Source of the DNA: Planctomycetota bacterium
GTDB lineage: Bacteria; Planctomycetota; UBA8108; SXIK01
NCBI GenBank assembly: GCA_965223265.1
Contig: OZ244999.1
Location: 8,512,001 to 8,576,000, forward strand
Reading direction: 5' to 3'
Length of the DNA stretch: 64,000 nucleotides
The notes under the pieces: model-generated
Databases searched by the model: none
What the model saw: the letters and a program-made list of their open reading frames with translations, nothing else
Told to the model about the DNA's origin: nothing
Part shown: in pieces, positions 39,469 to 48,897 of the stretch
Layout of the letters: each line of letters starts with the position of its first letter
Position numbering within the stretch: the stretch's first letter is position 1
Translations under genes and position numbers: made by a program

Positions 39469-40423
39469 TCTGCCGGAGACGCCTAGCAATCCATCTGCGT
39501 TCAGACTTGAAGCCCTCTTTTGCCGCGAGATCTTTCGCCAAAGCCTCGTAGCGCTCGGTGATGTCGAAACCGACGCTGTGCTGCATCTTGCGAAGGCACA
39601 CCGGACAGAGAAACAGCGGTCGTGCGTCCGACTCTCTGAGATGGTTAGAGCCGTTCATGAGACAGTTGTAGTAGACGCAGTGACGCACCCCGAACATGTG
39701 ACCGATCTCGTGGGTCATCGTCTTGAGGCTGCGACGTTCGATCAGGTGGCGTGCCTGCGAGGTATTCGATGGCCGGCGCGGTGTATAGCGTGCAAAGCTG
39801 TAAATGCCGACACGTCGTGAGAGCGATGCTTGGCCAAACACGAAGTTCCAGTCGTCGCGCGGGTAGAGATCCTCGAGCGTGAAGCCAAGCAGACAGAACG
39901 CGTCGGGCGGTAGGCGGATTCTGAGGTAACTCAGAATATCCTTTGTCCAGATCTGACGACCAGCGTACTCATGCGCGCGCGTCTTGAAACCGAGGCCATC
40001 AATCGGCGTCGTTTTAAGAAGCGTGCATTCGAGTTGAAAGAAGGCGCTCACGTAGGCGCGGAGGGACTCGAAGTCGGGACTCTTGTCCGCGGAGAAGCTG
40101 CCGAGTGGCAGCAGGTAGATGCGGCGTCGCGTTGAGTTTGGAACGTGGCGTCGCGCGGCGAGAAAGCGGGGGAAGGATTGCGGTTCTTCTTCACGCACGT
40201 CGAGCCAATCGCCGCGACGCGGCTGCCCGAGCGGAGAGAAGTGGTTCGCGGGAAGAAAGGCGCGGCGCTCGCGTGGGGTGAGATCCTCGAGCGAGCCCAC
40301 GGCTGCGCGACGCTTTGCAGTGCTGATGAACGGAGCCTCAGCAGGGTCTTCGGCGGCGTTCGCGGGAAGCGTGAGCAGAGAGAACGCGACAACGGCAGTG
40401 CTGCAGGGGTTGAAGTCGGCCAC
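39398..40423 (-). CDS. Archaemetzincin (peptidase M54) with signal peptide
   Basis: DLYP...NFVFGQA, HEIGHMFGVRHC...CLMN.S...D...CPVC. Confidence 0.9.
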   Translation of the reverse strand: MADFNPCSTAVVAFSLLTLPANAAEDPAEAPFISTAKRRAAVGSLEDLTPRERRAFLPANHFSPLGQPRRGDWLDVREEEPQSFPRFLAARRHVPNSTRRRIYLLPLGSFSADKSPDFESLRAYVSAFFQLECTLLKTTPIDGLGFKTRAHEYAGRQIWTKDILSYLRIRLPPDAFCLLGFTLEDLYPRDDWNFVFGQASLSRRVGIYSFARYTPRRPSNTSQARHLIERRSLKTMTHEIGHMFGVRHCVYYNCLMNGSNHLRESDARPLFLCPVCLRKMQHSVGFDITERYEALAKDLAAKEGFKSERRWIARRLRQINKSRSDGQPKHDRRRQTSQQRR

Positions 40424-40560
40424 TGAAATACCTCCCGATCAGCCCTTTCTCGCCACGTCGGGATGATGACGGCAAGCAGGCGCCGCCGCCACAGGTCGCG
40501 GCGTGTTTTTTGTGTAAGCTCCCGTCGAGGCAGAGGCGGAGACGGATTGCGGTGCATGCC

Positions 40561-40647
40561 CCACGCCCACTCCCACTCCCACTCCCACGCCCACGCCCAC
40601 GCACTCGCACTCGCACTCGCACTACTCGCACTCGCACTCGCACTCGC
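40561..40647. repeat. Degenerate hexamer tandem array (CCCACG/CCCACT, then CGCACT)
   Basis: Read directly; intergenic between divergent genes. Confidence 0.9.
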
Positions 40648-40932
40648 GAACAGACCGGCTGCGAATCGCGTGCGCAAGCCGGCGACTGATGCAGACACCC
40701 CATCAGGATCACGGAAGAGCGTTCTCGCCGGCGTTGTTCCCTAACGTCCCCTCGCCCGTCGCGAACTTTCACCGACGCTGCGCCGTGTCCAACTCTGCAA
40801 TCGCGAGTTCACCCTGGTCGGATGTGTTGGTTATAATGGTCCGAAGCTGACGCTCCGGCGCGGGTTGGTCGCTCCGTTGGTTTGGTCCAGGGCGTTTTCG
40901 AGGATGACTTTGTAGAAAGGGTTGCAACTTTG

Positions 40933-43821
40933 ATGGCGAATGCTGATCTGAGCGCGCGTCTGAAGTTGGTCGTGGCTCTGGGTGCCTTTGCCGTGGGCTT
41001 CTCCGTTGCCAGTTTTTCTCCTGTCGCGGCGGCGGACCCGGCCGCACTCGAACGCGCTGGCACCACGATTCTCGCTCAGCGCTGCATCAAGTGTCACAAC
41101 AGCGAGAAACTTTCCTCTGGACTTGACCTGACGCAGCGCGTGTCCGCTCTGCGCGGCGGTGACAGCGGTGCCGCCCTCGTTCCCGGCGCGGCGCAGGAGA
41201 GTCTCCTTTTCGAGAAGGTTCGCGACGGCGAGATGCCGCCGAAAGAACCACTCCCGGCACGGGAGCGCCAAGCGCTGCGCGACTGGATCGCCGCTGGTGC
41301 GCCGTGGAGCGAGATCCTGAAGCCCGCGGTGCAGCCCCGCGCGGAGGCCGACTGGTGGTCGCTCCAGCCGCTGCAAGACCCAGCGCCGCCGTCAATGGAG
41401 GGGGTCCCGGAAGCGTGGACGCGCTCGCCGATCGATCGCTTCGTCTTTGCGCATTTGCGAGAGAAGGGACTTGAACCGTCACCACCGGCCGATCGGCGCA
41501 CGCTCATCCGACGCGCGACATACGACCTCACTGGGTTGCCGCCGACTCCGGAGGCCGTCGCCGCGTTCGTCGCCGATTCGAGCCCGGAGGCGTACTCCCG
41601 TTTGCTGGACCGTCTTTTGAGTTCGCCGCACTATGGCGAGCGTTGGGGGCGGCACTGGCTGGATGTTGTGCGGTTCGGCGAGAGTCATGGTTACGAGCAA
41701 AACCATTTGCGGGCGAACGCGTGGCCGTTTCGTGATTACGTCATTCGTTCGTTCAATGCCGACAAGCCCTTCGATCAGCTTGTGTTGGAACATTTGGCCG
41801 GTGACCAAGTGGGAGCCGGCGACCCCGACGTGGAAGTCGGCACTGGATTCCTCGTCGCCGGCACCTACGACACCGTGGACATCGATAACATCGAGGGCAT
41901 GTTGCAGCAGCGAGCCAACAATCTCGACGACATGTTGTCGACCACGATCGCAACGTTCATGGGATTGACCGCGAACTGCGCGCGTTGTCACGACCATAAG
42001 TTCGACCCCATCCTGCAGCGCGACTATTACCGCTTGCAGGCAGTGTTTGCTGGCGTCGTGCACGGCGAACGTGAAGTGGCGACGCCGGAGAAGAAGGCGC
42101 AGCGCGACGCCGCCGCGGCGGAGATCTCTGCGGCGCTGGAGGATGTGACCGGAAAGATCGAAGCGCTTGAAACTGAAGCATTGAAGCGTGCCGAAGGCCG
42201 CCGTGACGAGCTCCTGAGCGACTTGCGACCGCCGGTGTCGTCGCGCGGCACCGAGGAACGATTCGACCCAGTCAGAGCGCGCTTCGTGCGCATGGAAGTT
42301 CATAAGACGGACAGAAGCTCTGCGACCATCGATGAATTTGAAGTGTGGAGCAGCGGCGACTCACCGCAGAACGTCGCGCTCTTGAGCGCCGGCGCTCAGG
42401 CGAGCGCGCGGGCGACTCGTAGCTCCGATGGTGACACCAGCTTTTACTCGCCGACGTTCGCCATCGATGGTGAATTCGGCCAGGCTTGGATTTCCGGAGA
42501 ACGACCGCAGGCGCAGCTGACGGTCGCGCTCGGTAGCGAGCACGTCATTAACCGGGTGTACTGGTCGCGCGATCGCCTGGGCGGTTTTACGGGTGTGTTT
42601 CAGGGCGGCGTGCCCGTGAAGTACGCGATCGAGGTGTCGCTCAACGGTGAGACATGGGAGCGTGTCGCCGACTCGTACGATCGGGTTCCACCGCGCGAGA
42701 ACCTCGTCCGCGAAGTCCTTCTCGATAGAGTTCTCTCGGACGACGAACGCTTGCAGCTTGCAGATCTTAGAGCCCGTAGGGAAGAGGTAGAGAAGGCTCG
42801 CGCTGCGCTGCCGAAGATCCCACGAGCCTATGTCGGCAGGTTTCAACAACCCACCGAGCCGGTCCATGTCTTGATTCGCGGCAACCCGATGACAAAGGGT
42901 GACGTTGTTCGGCCTGGAAGCATGAGCACGCTCGCGAGTGTGGCGCCTGCGTTCGAGCTCGACGGTGAGGCACCCGAGGGCGAACGACGCCTGGCGCTCG
43001 CCCGTTGGATCAGCCAGGACGCCAACCCTCTGACGCCGCGCGTTCTGGCCAACCGTGTTTGGCACTACCACTTCGGCCGAGGGCTCGTCGCGACTCCCAG
43101 CGACTTTGGCTTCAACGGTGCACCGCCTACGCATCCAAAGTTACTGGACTGGCTTGCCCGCCGCCTTCACGTTCTCGGCTGGCGACTGAAACCGCTTCAC
43201 AAAGAGATCATGCTCTCGATGACCTATCGACAGGCGAGCGATGTACGCACCGACGCTGCCCAAGTCGATCGAGACGCGCTCTTTCTGTGGCGCTTTCCAG
43301 CGCGGCGGTTGGCTGCTGAGGAGGTGCGCGACTCGATGCTTGCTGTCGCCGGCACACTGGATCGCTCCATGGGCGGCCCAGGGTTTCGACTTTACCGATA
43401 CACCGTCGACAACGTGGCTACGTACCTTCCTCTGACAACCGTGGACGAATCGACGTTTCGGCGATCGGTGTATCACCAACATGCCCGCTCGGTGAAGGTG
43501 GACTTGCTCGGCGAATACGATTGCCCTGACTCCGCGCTGGCTGCACCGCGCCGAGAAGTGACGACCTCACCCCTGCAAGCGCTCACTCTTCTCAACGGCG
43601 ACTTTGTTCTGCGGCAAGCGCAGGCGTTTGCCGAGCGTGTGGAGCGAGAGGTCGGAGGCTCTGAGCCGGTGCAGCAGGTGGAGCGAGCTTTCGTCTTGGC
43701 GTTCGGTCGGCCACCCATGGCGGACGAATTGGAACGCTCGGTAGAGTTCGTCAAAGCTCACGGCCTGTTCGTTTTCTGTCGCGCACTCCTGAATGCCAAC
43801 GAGTTTGTCTATGTCATGTGA
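40933..43821 (+). CDS. Planctomycete cytochrome c + DUF1549 + discoidin-like + DUF1553 protein
   Basis: CIKCH, PIDRF, YGERWGRHWLDVVR, CARCHDHKFDPI, NRVWHYHFGRGLV, PTHP.LLDWLA, PLQAL.LLN. Confidence 0.93.
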   Translation: MANADLSARLKLVVALGAFAVGFSVASFSPVAAADPAALERAGTTILAQRCIKCHNSEKLSSGLDLTQRVSALRGGDSGAALVPGAAQESLLFEKVRDGEMPPKEPLPARERQALRDWIAAGAPWSEILKPAVQPRAEADWWSLQPLQDPAPPSMEGVPEAWTRSPIDRFVFAHLREKGLEPSPPADRRTLIRRATYDLTGLPPTPEAVAAFVADSSPEAYSRLLDRLLSSPHYGERWGRHWLDVVRFGESHGYEQNHLRANAWPFRDYVIRSFNADKPFDQLVLEHLAGDQVGAGDPDVEVGTGFLVAGTYDTVDIDNIEGMLQQRANNLDDMLSTTIATFMGLTANCARCHDHKFDPILQRDYYRLQAVFAGVVHGEREVATPEKKAQRDAAAAEISAALEDVTGKIEALETEALKRAEGRRDELLSDLRPPVSSRGTEERFDPVRARFVRMEVHKTDRSSATIDEFEVWSSGDSPQNVALLSAGAQASARATRSSDGDTSFYSPTFAIDGEFGQAWISGERPQAQLTVALGSEHVINRVYWSRDRLGGFTGVFQGGVPVKYAIEVSLNGETWERVADSYDRVPPRENLVREVLLDRVLSDDERLQLADLRARREEVEKARAALPKIPRAYVGRFQQPTEPVHVLIRGNPMTKGDVVRPGSMSTLASVAPAFELDGEAPEGERRLALARWISQDANPLTPRVLANRVWHYHFGRGLVATPSDFGFNGAPPTHPKLLDWLARRLHVLGWRLKPLHKEIMLSMTYRQASDVRTDAAQVDRDALFLWRFPARRLAAEEVRDSMLAVAGTLDRSMGGPGFRLYRYTVDNVATYLPLTTVDESTFRRSVYHQHARSVKVDLLGEYDCPDSALAAPRREVTTSPLQALTLLNGDFVLRQAQAFAERVEREVGGSEPVQQVERAFVLAFGRPPMADELERSVEFVKAHGLFVFCRALLNANEFVYVM

Positions 43822-45220
43822 TTCTTTGATTCCCCGACGTCACTTTTTTTCCTCGATGAGCGATGGACTGGTGGGCGCTGCACTTCTTTCGCTGCTCGGC
43901 GGGAGCCGTGCCACCGCGGAATCGCCACGATCGCAGGCCAAGGCGAAGCGCGTGATTCAGATTTTCTGCCCCGGCGGTGTGTCGCACGTCGACACGTGGG
44001 AGTACAAGCCAGAGCTGACGGCCTACCACGGCAAGCCTCTACCGAACGAAGGTAACTTTGTTTCGTTCATGGGGCGAAACGGAAATCTCATGCAGAGTCC
44101 GTGGGAGTTTCGTCGCTGCGGGGAGAGCGGCAAGCTGGTCTCGGAACTCTTTCCGCATCTTGGCGAGCTCGTCGACGACATCGCCTTCATTCACTCGATG
44201 ACGTCGAAGACAAACACGCATGGCCCCGCGTGTGTGTTCATGAACACGGGATTCGTGGCGGAGGGGTTCCCGAGCGCGGGTTCCTGGACCAGCTACGCTC
44301 TTGGGTCTGAAAACGATGACCTTCCCACATATATCGCGATGCCCGATGTGCGCGGGATTCCGCCGTCGGGACCGGCGAACTGGAACGCGGGTTTCCTCCC
44401 CGCGGAGCACCAGGCGATTGTCATGACGGCTGCGGAGCCGATTCGAAACATCGCGCGTCCGGCTGCCGTCTCACCGCAGTCGGATGCCTCTTCTCGTGAG
44501 TTCATCACTTTTCTCAACCGAGCGCACATGCGTCGTCACGCAGGCCGCTCCGAACTGGAAGCCCGGGTCGCCGCTTACGAGCTCGCCGCGCGGATGCAGC
44601 TCTCTGCACCAGAAGCGAGCGATCTCAGCCAAGAGTCTCGGATTACCCACCAGCTCTACGGCACCGACGACCCGAATCCGCTGGCCGCCACATACGCCCG
44701 GAACTGTTTGCTGGCGCGGCGTTTCCTTGAGCGCGGCGTCCGTTACATCACGCTCTACTGTGGCTCGCGCGCTTCTGGCGTTGACGGGCTACTGAATTGG
44801 GACGCCCACAAGACGCTAGAGAAGGACTACGAGCGGCATGCGCCGATTCTGGATCGAGCCTCTGCGGCGCTCATCAAAGATCTCCGTGTGCGCGGTCTTC
44901 TCGACGAAACCTTGGTGCTTTGGACGACGGAGTTCGGACGCATGCCGACGCATCAGGAGGGCACGCTTGGGCGCGACCACAATCCAGATGGCTTCACTGT
45001 CTGGATGGCCGGCGCTGGCGTCAAGGGTGGGGTGAGCTATGGTGCCACGGACCCGCTCGGGAGAAAGGCAGCGGTTGACGTTGCGTCGGTCTACGACTTT
45101 TACGCCACGGTTCTGCATCTCCTTGGTCTCGATCACACCAAGGCGACGTACTACCACAACGGGATCGAGCGACGTTTGACCGACGTTCACGGACACGTGA
45201 TCGACGCGGTCCTTGCCTGA
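43811..45220 (+). CDS. DUF1501 domain protein (Tat-type signal)
   Basis: RRHFF, AKRVI...GG.SH.DT, YELA.RMQ, EFGRMP, GRDHNP, RLTDVHG. Confidence 0.93.
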   Translation: MSCDSLIPRRHFFSSMSDGLVGAALLSLLGGSRATAESPRSQAKAKRVIQIFCPGGVSHVDTWEYKPELTAYHGKPLPNEGNFVSFMGRNGNLMQSPWEFRRCGESGKLVSELFPHLGELVDDIAFIHSMTSKTNTHGPACVFMNTGFVAEGFPSAGSWTSYALGSENDDLPTYIAMPDVRGIPPSGPANWNAGFLPAEHQAIVMTAAEPIRNIARPAAVSPQSDASSREFITFLNRAHMRRHAGRSELEARVAAYELAARMQLSAPEASDLSQESRITHQLYGTDDPNPLAATYARNCLLARRFLERGVRYITLYCGSRASGVDGLLNWDAHKTLEKDYERHAPILDRASAALIKDLRVRGLLDETLVLWTTEFGRMPTHQEGTLGRDHNPDGFTVWMAGAGVKGGVSYGATDPLGRKAAVDVASVYDFYATVLHLLGLDHTKATYYHNGIERRLTDVHGHVIDAVLA

Positions 45221-45285
45221 CCCTGGGCCGATTGGCAAGTCGACGCTTGAGAGAGTGGTGAGTCGATCCGAACGACGGGTTGAGA

Positions 45286-45456
45286 CTAGGCGAGGCGAAC
45301 GTCCCGTGACCCACCGAGACGGCCGTCCAGGTCGCTGCTGCGGCGCCGCTCGCGCCATGCTGCGACACCTTCTCGTCCTGCAACGGAGAGCGCATAGGAC
45401 GTGAGGACGACGATGAGAACCGGAGTCCAGTTGGAGAAGAAGACCGTTTCGAACAT
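45286..45456 (-). CDS. Unannotated 56-aa small membrane protein
   Basis: AAGGAGGT SD shortly before ATG; MFETVFFSNWTPVLIVVLTSYALSVAGREGVAAWRERRRSSDLDGRLGGSRDVRLA; sigma54-type motif upstream. Confidence 0.65.
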   Translation of the reverse strand: MFETVFFSNWTPVLIVVLTSYALSVAGREGVAAWRERRRSSDLDGRLGGSRDVRLA

Positions 45457-45527
45457 TCCCTACCTCCTTCAGTTGTTGCCGCTGGTTGAACGCCGCGATC
45501 CCAGGCCTCCCACCGTGATGATGGTGA

Positions 45528-45543
45528 CGCAAGGTGCGTGCCG
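45528..45543 (-). promoter_or_regulatory. Putative sigma54 promoter for the small protein gene
   Basis: Minus strand CGGCACGCACCTTGCG; palindrome CTCGATTGT-CC-ACAATCGAG at 45625-45644. Confidence 0.6.
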
Positions 45544-45829
45544 GTTGCCTCGGTAAGTCGTAACCATCTGCTGACAGGGAGGTTGAGGAACAACCGCAAC
45601 GGCGCGGCAGAGGCAGGGGAATCACTCGATTGTCCACAATCGAGACTTTCCGTCGAGGGAAAGCGACATATGGACCTGTCACCCTGTGCGGGAGAGGAAG
45701 GGCGCGAGGGAGAGACGCCGGCGCGATCGCGACTCCCGAGACGCTGACGCCCGGGTCGCTGAGGAAACAGTCGCGGGGAGTGGCCGGCAAGCTGCAGCAA
45801 CTCTCCGAAGCTTCTCGTGACGACCTCGA

Positions 45830-46891
45830 CTATCTCGGCACGATCCACACATTGCGGTAGCGCACGGGATTGCTGTGGTCTTGGAGGTAGACGGGGCCGG
45901 GGGACGCCCCTTCAGTCCGCACGATCGCAGCACGGGTAGTTTTCGGTACTTCGACGTCGTTCTGCACGAGGACGCCGTTGTGATACACAGTCAAGCGAGC
46001 GTTTCTTGTCTTTTTCCCGTTGCCATCGAACTGTGCCGCCGTGAACTCGATGTCGTACGTTTGCCAGGAGAGCGGCGGCAGACACATGTTGATCGCTGCA
46101 TCGCTCGTCTCATAGATGCCTCCAGCCTCGAAGTTCTTTCCGGTGAGTCCGAAGGAGTCGAGGATCTGGACCTCGTAGCGCCCCTGCAGGTAGCAGCCGC
46201 TGTTGCCACGTCCTTGCCCGCGAGCGTGTGGCATATACGGTGTCATGAACTCAAGGTGGAGTTTGCAGCTTTGAAAGTGTTCCTTGCTCTGAACCCCTTG
46301 TTCAAGGAGCCCGTCGGGGGTCACCTGTGCGCCCTCGAAGTTGGCGCCTGAAGTCCCGTCGAAAAGAACGATCGCACCCTGGGGAGCCGCCGCTCCGAGC
46401 GTTGGGCTGCGTCTGTGTGTGCGCTGGAGGGTGCCAAGTCGACCGCCGTCGGGTCCGAGTAGCTTCGCTTCGCCGTACTCCAACTTGACCTCGGCGACGA
46501 GGGTCGAGCCTTGCTGAGGCGTCGGACGGACCTGACGCCGCAGCAACGCGGTGCCGGTCGACGAGTTGCCTGAGAATAGGAGCTTGGCGCTGCGGTTCCA
46601 ACCGTCGCCAGGAAGGCCGCCCCAGTAGCCCACCGCGTCGAACGCTCCACCGCCCAGGGCGATCACCTGCAGGCCAATCTTTCCGCCCAATCCATCGAGA
46701 TTCACTTGGCCGGCGTACTCCCCTTGAACGTGAAAGTCGGCATCCACCTCGCTGAGCTTTGTTGTCACGAGTTCCGTTGGCTTCGCCGACTTGTCGGCCG
46801 CATGGCTGGACGGTGACGTGGCCATCGTTAGAAATGGGGAGACGGCGACAACTATGACGAGAGCCTGTGAGTTGATTGGCAGGTGTAGCAT
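45830..46891 (-). CDS. DUF1080 (3-keto-disaccharide hydrolase-like) exported protein
   Basis: VLFDG, LHLEF, GNSG.YLQGRYEVQILDS, WQTYDI.F, LQDH...V.YRN.W. Confidence 0.9.
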   Translation of the reverse strand: MLHLPINSQALVIVVAVSPFLTMATSPSSHAADKSAKPTELVTTKLSEVDADFHVQGEYAGQVNLDGLGGKIGLQVIALGGGAFDAVGYWGGLPGDGWNRSAKLLFSGNSSTGTALLRRQVRPTPQQGSTLVAEVKLEYGEAKLLGPDGGRLGTLQRTHRRSPTLGAAAPQGAIVLFDGTSGANFEGAQVTPDGLLEQGVQSKEHFQSCKLHLEFMTPYMPHARGQGRGNSGCYLQGRYEVQILDSFGLTGKNFEAGGIYETSDAAINMCLPPLSWQTYDIEFTAAQFDGNGKKTRNARLTVYHNGVLVQNDVEVPKTTRAAIVRTEGASPGPVYLQDHSNPVRYRNVWIVPR

Positions 46892-47023
46892 GATTTTCCT
46901 CGCTGCGTGATTCGTTTGCCGAAACGCACCAATCAAGCGGCGATGTGAGGATCGTCCGAGAGCGCGGCCGTCGACTCGGTCGAACGCCCCTCGTACGTGC
47001 GCTGCGCCACTCTGCGCTTCAGC

Positions 47024-47851
47024 TCAATCTCGATGTTGGGCGGCGGCTTCGCTCTTTCTCTTGCTCTTCTTCGGTTGTCGAGACTCGCCGAGGACCCAGC
47101 GGGGAGTGAAACGCGGCCCCTTCATGACCGCCTTTGTCACTTGTTCGGCCGCCTCGTCCGGGGAATCCGTCAAAATGAAGCGGTCAAAGTCGGCAGCGTC
47201 AATGGTCCCTTCCCGAACCATTGTGTTGCGCATGAAGTCGAGGATTGGATCCCAGTAATCGAGTCCCATGAGGACGAGGGGAAAGTTTCCGATCTTTCCC
47301 GTTTGAATCAGTGTCGCCGTCTCAAAGATCTCGTCGAGTGTGCCAAAGCCGCCTGGCATGACCACGAACGCCTGCGAGTATTTGACGAGCATGACCTTGC
47401 GAACAAAGAAGTAGCGAAACTCGAGCCAGAAATCGAGATAGGGATTCGGATGCTGTTCATGCGGCAGTTCGATGTTGCAGCCGATCGAAAGTCCGTCAGC
47501 GTCCTTAGCGCCTCGGTTCGCCGCTTCCATGATTCCCGGTCCGCCGCCGGTCATGATGCCGAAACCCTGGCGTACCAGGGAGGCGGCCGTTTCTCGCGCG
47601 AGCTGATAGTAGCGGTGATCTTCTTCGAAACGGGCCGAACCAAAGACCGTGACACACGGCGCCTCGAGAAAGTGAAGACGTCGAAACCCACGAATGAACT
47701 CGGCGGTGATACGAAGAACGCGAGCTAGTTCCGCGCGGCGAGTTGATGGACCCTCGAGCAGTCGTCCTTCGTCGGGAGCGCGCGTCGCTTTTCCCCAGCG
47801 CGGCGCGGGAAGTGATGTTTTGTGCATGGAGTCTTTCTGGTCGTTCGTCAT
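47024..47851 (-). CDS. LOG family nucleotide phosphoribohydrolase (TIGR00730-like)
   Basis: VFGSAR, TGGGPGIMEAAN.GA, FFVRK, PGGFGTLDE. Confidence 0.92.
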   Translation of the reverse strand: MTNDQKDSMHKTSLPAPRWGKATRAPDEGRLLEGPSTRRAELARVLRITAEFIRGFRRLHFLEAPCVTVFGSARFEEDHRYYQLARETAASLVRQGFGIMTGGGPGIMEAANRGAKDADGLSIGCNIELPHEQHPNPYLDFWLEFRYFFVRKVMLVKYSQAFVVMPGGFGTLDEIFETATLIQTGKIGNFPLVLMGLDYWDPILDFMRNTMVREGTIDAADFDRFILTDSPDEAAEQVTKAVMKGPRFTPRWVLGESRQPKKSKRKSEAAAQHRD

Positions 47852-47862
47852 TTCGTCGCGCT

Positions 47863-48876
47863 TCAAGCGTTCAGTTCGCGGGCGGCGTCGATCGCTGCGT
47901 AGGTGAGAATCATATCAGCTCCCGCGCGGCGAATCGCCACGAGAGTCTCAAGCATGATGGCTTTGCCGTCGAGCCAGCCGCGTTCAGCGGCTGCCTTCAT
48001 CATGGCGTATTCGCCGCTCACCTGATAGGCCGCAACAGGACGTGTTGTCGACTCTCTGACAGCCGAGATGACATCGAGATATGGTAGCGCCGGCTTGACC
48101 ATCACGATGTCCGCGCCTTCCTCGCAATCCAAGTTCACCTCGAGGACCGCTTCGCGACGATTGGCGGGATCCATTTGGTAGGTCTTCTTGTCGCCGTGTT
48201 TCGGGGCGGAGTCGAGCGCATCGCGAAACGGGCCATAGAACGACGATGCGTACTTGGCCGAGTAGGCTAGGATCCCGACAGAGGTATGGCTCGACTCGTC
48301 GAGCGCGCGGCGAATGTACCCGACACGGCCGTCCATCATATCGGATGGGGCGACGATGTCGGCTCCTGCCTCCGCTTGGCTGACTGCCATGGCAGCGAGG
48401 ATCTCCAGCGTCGCGTCGTTGACGATTTCGTCGGCTTCGACAAGTCCGTCGTGCCCGTCACTGGAGTACGGATCCATGGCGACGTCCGTAATCACGACGA
48501 CCTCTGGAAACGCATCCTTGAGAGCACGAATCGTCCGCTGAAGAAGGCCTGTCGGGTTGACCGACTCCGTGGCCCGTTTGTCCTTGAGTTTGTCTTTGAG
48601 TGCCGGAAAGAGTGCGATCGCTCGGACTCCCACCTGCGTTGCTTGCCGTACCTTCTGCACCGTGAGATCAATCGTCGCACGGCTGACGCCCGGCATCGAA
48701 GGAATGGGTTCTTCTCGGTCGTCTCCGTCGATGACAAACAAGGGAAGAATGAAGTCAGCCGGTGTCAATCGAGTTTCGCGTACCAGGTCACGCATGGCTG
48801 CGCAGCGACGATTGCGCCGCGGACGCAGCGGTAGAAACGGTAGCGGCGGCGGCGACTTTCTTGAGGCGTCAGGCAT
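47863..48876 (-). CDS. hemB: Porphobilinogen synthase
   Basis: RPRRNR, DVAMDPYSSDGHDG, APSDMMDGR, SSFYGPFRDA, YQMD, MVKP, AYQVSGEY. Confidence 0.97.
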   Translation of the reverse strand: MPDASRKSPPPLPFLPLRPRRNRRCAAMRDLVRETRLTPADFILPLFVIDGDDREEPIPSMPGVSRATIDLTVQKVRQATQVGVRAIALFPALKDKLKDKRATESVNPTGLLQRTIRALKDAFPEVVVITDVAMDPYSSDGHDGLVEADEIVNDATLEILAAMAVSQAEAGADIVAPSDMMDGRVGYIRRALDESSHTSVGILAYSAKYASSFYGPFRDALDSAPKHGDKKTYQMDPANRREAVLEVNLDCEEGADIVMVKPALPYLDVISAVRESTTRPVAAYQVSGEYAMMKAAAERGWLDGKAIMLETLVAIRRAGADMILTYAAIDAARELNA

Positions 48877-48897
48877 GCTGGCGGTGACTCTTCGCGA

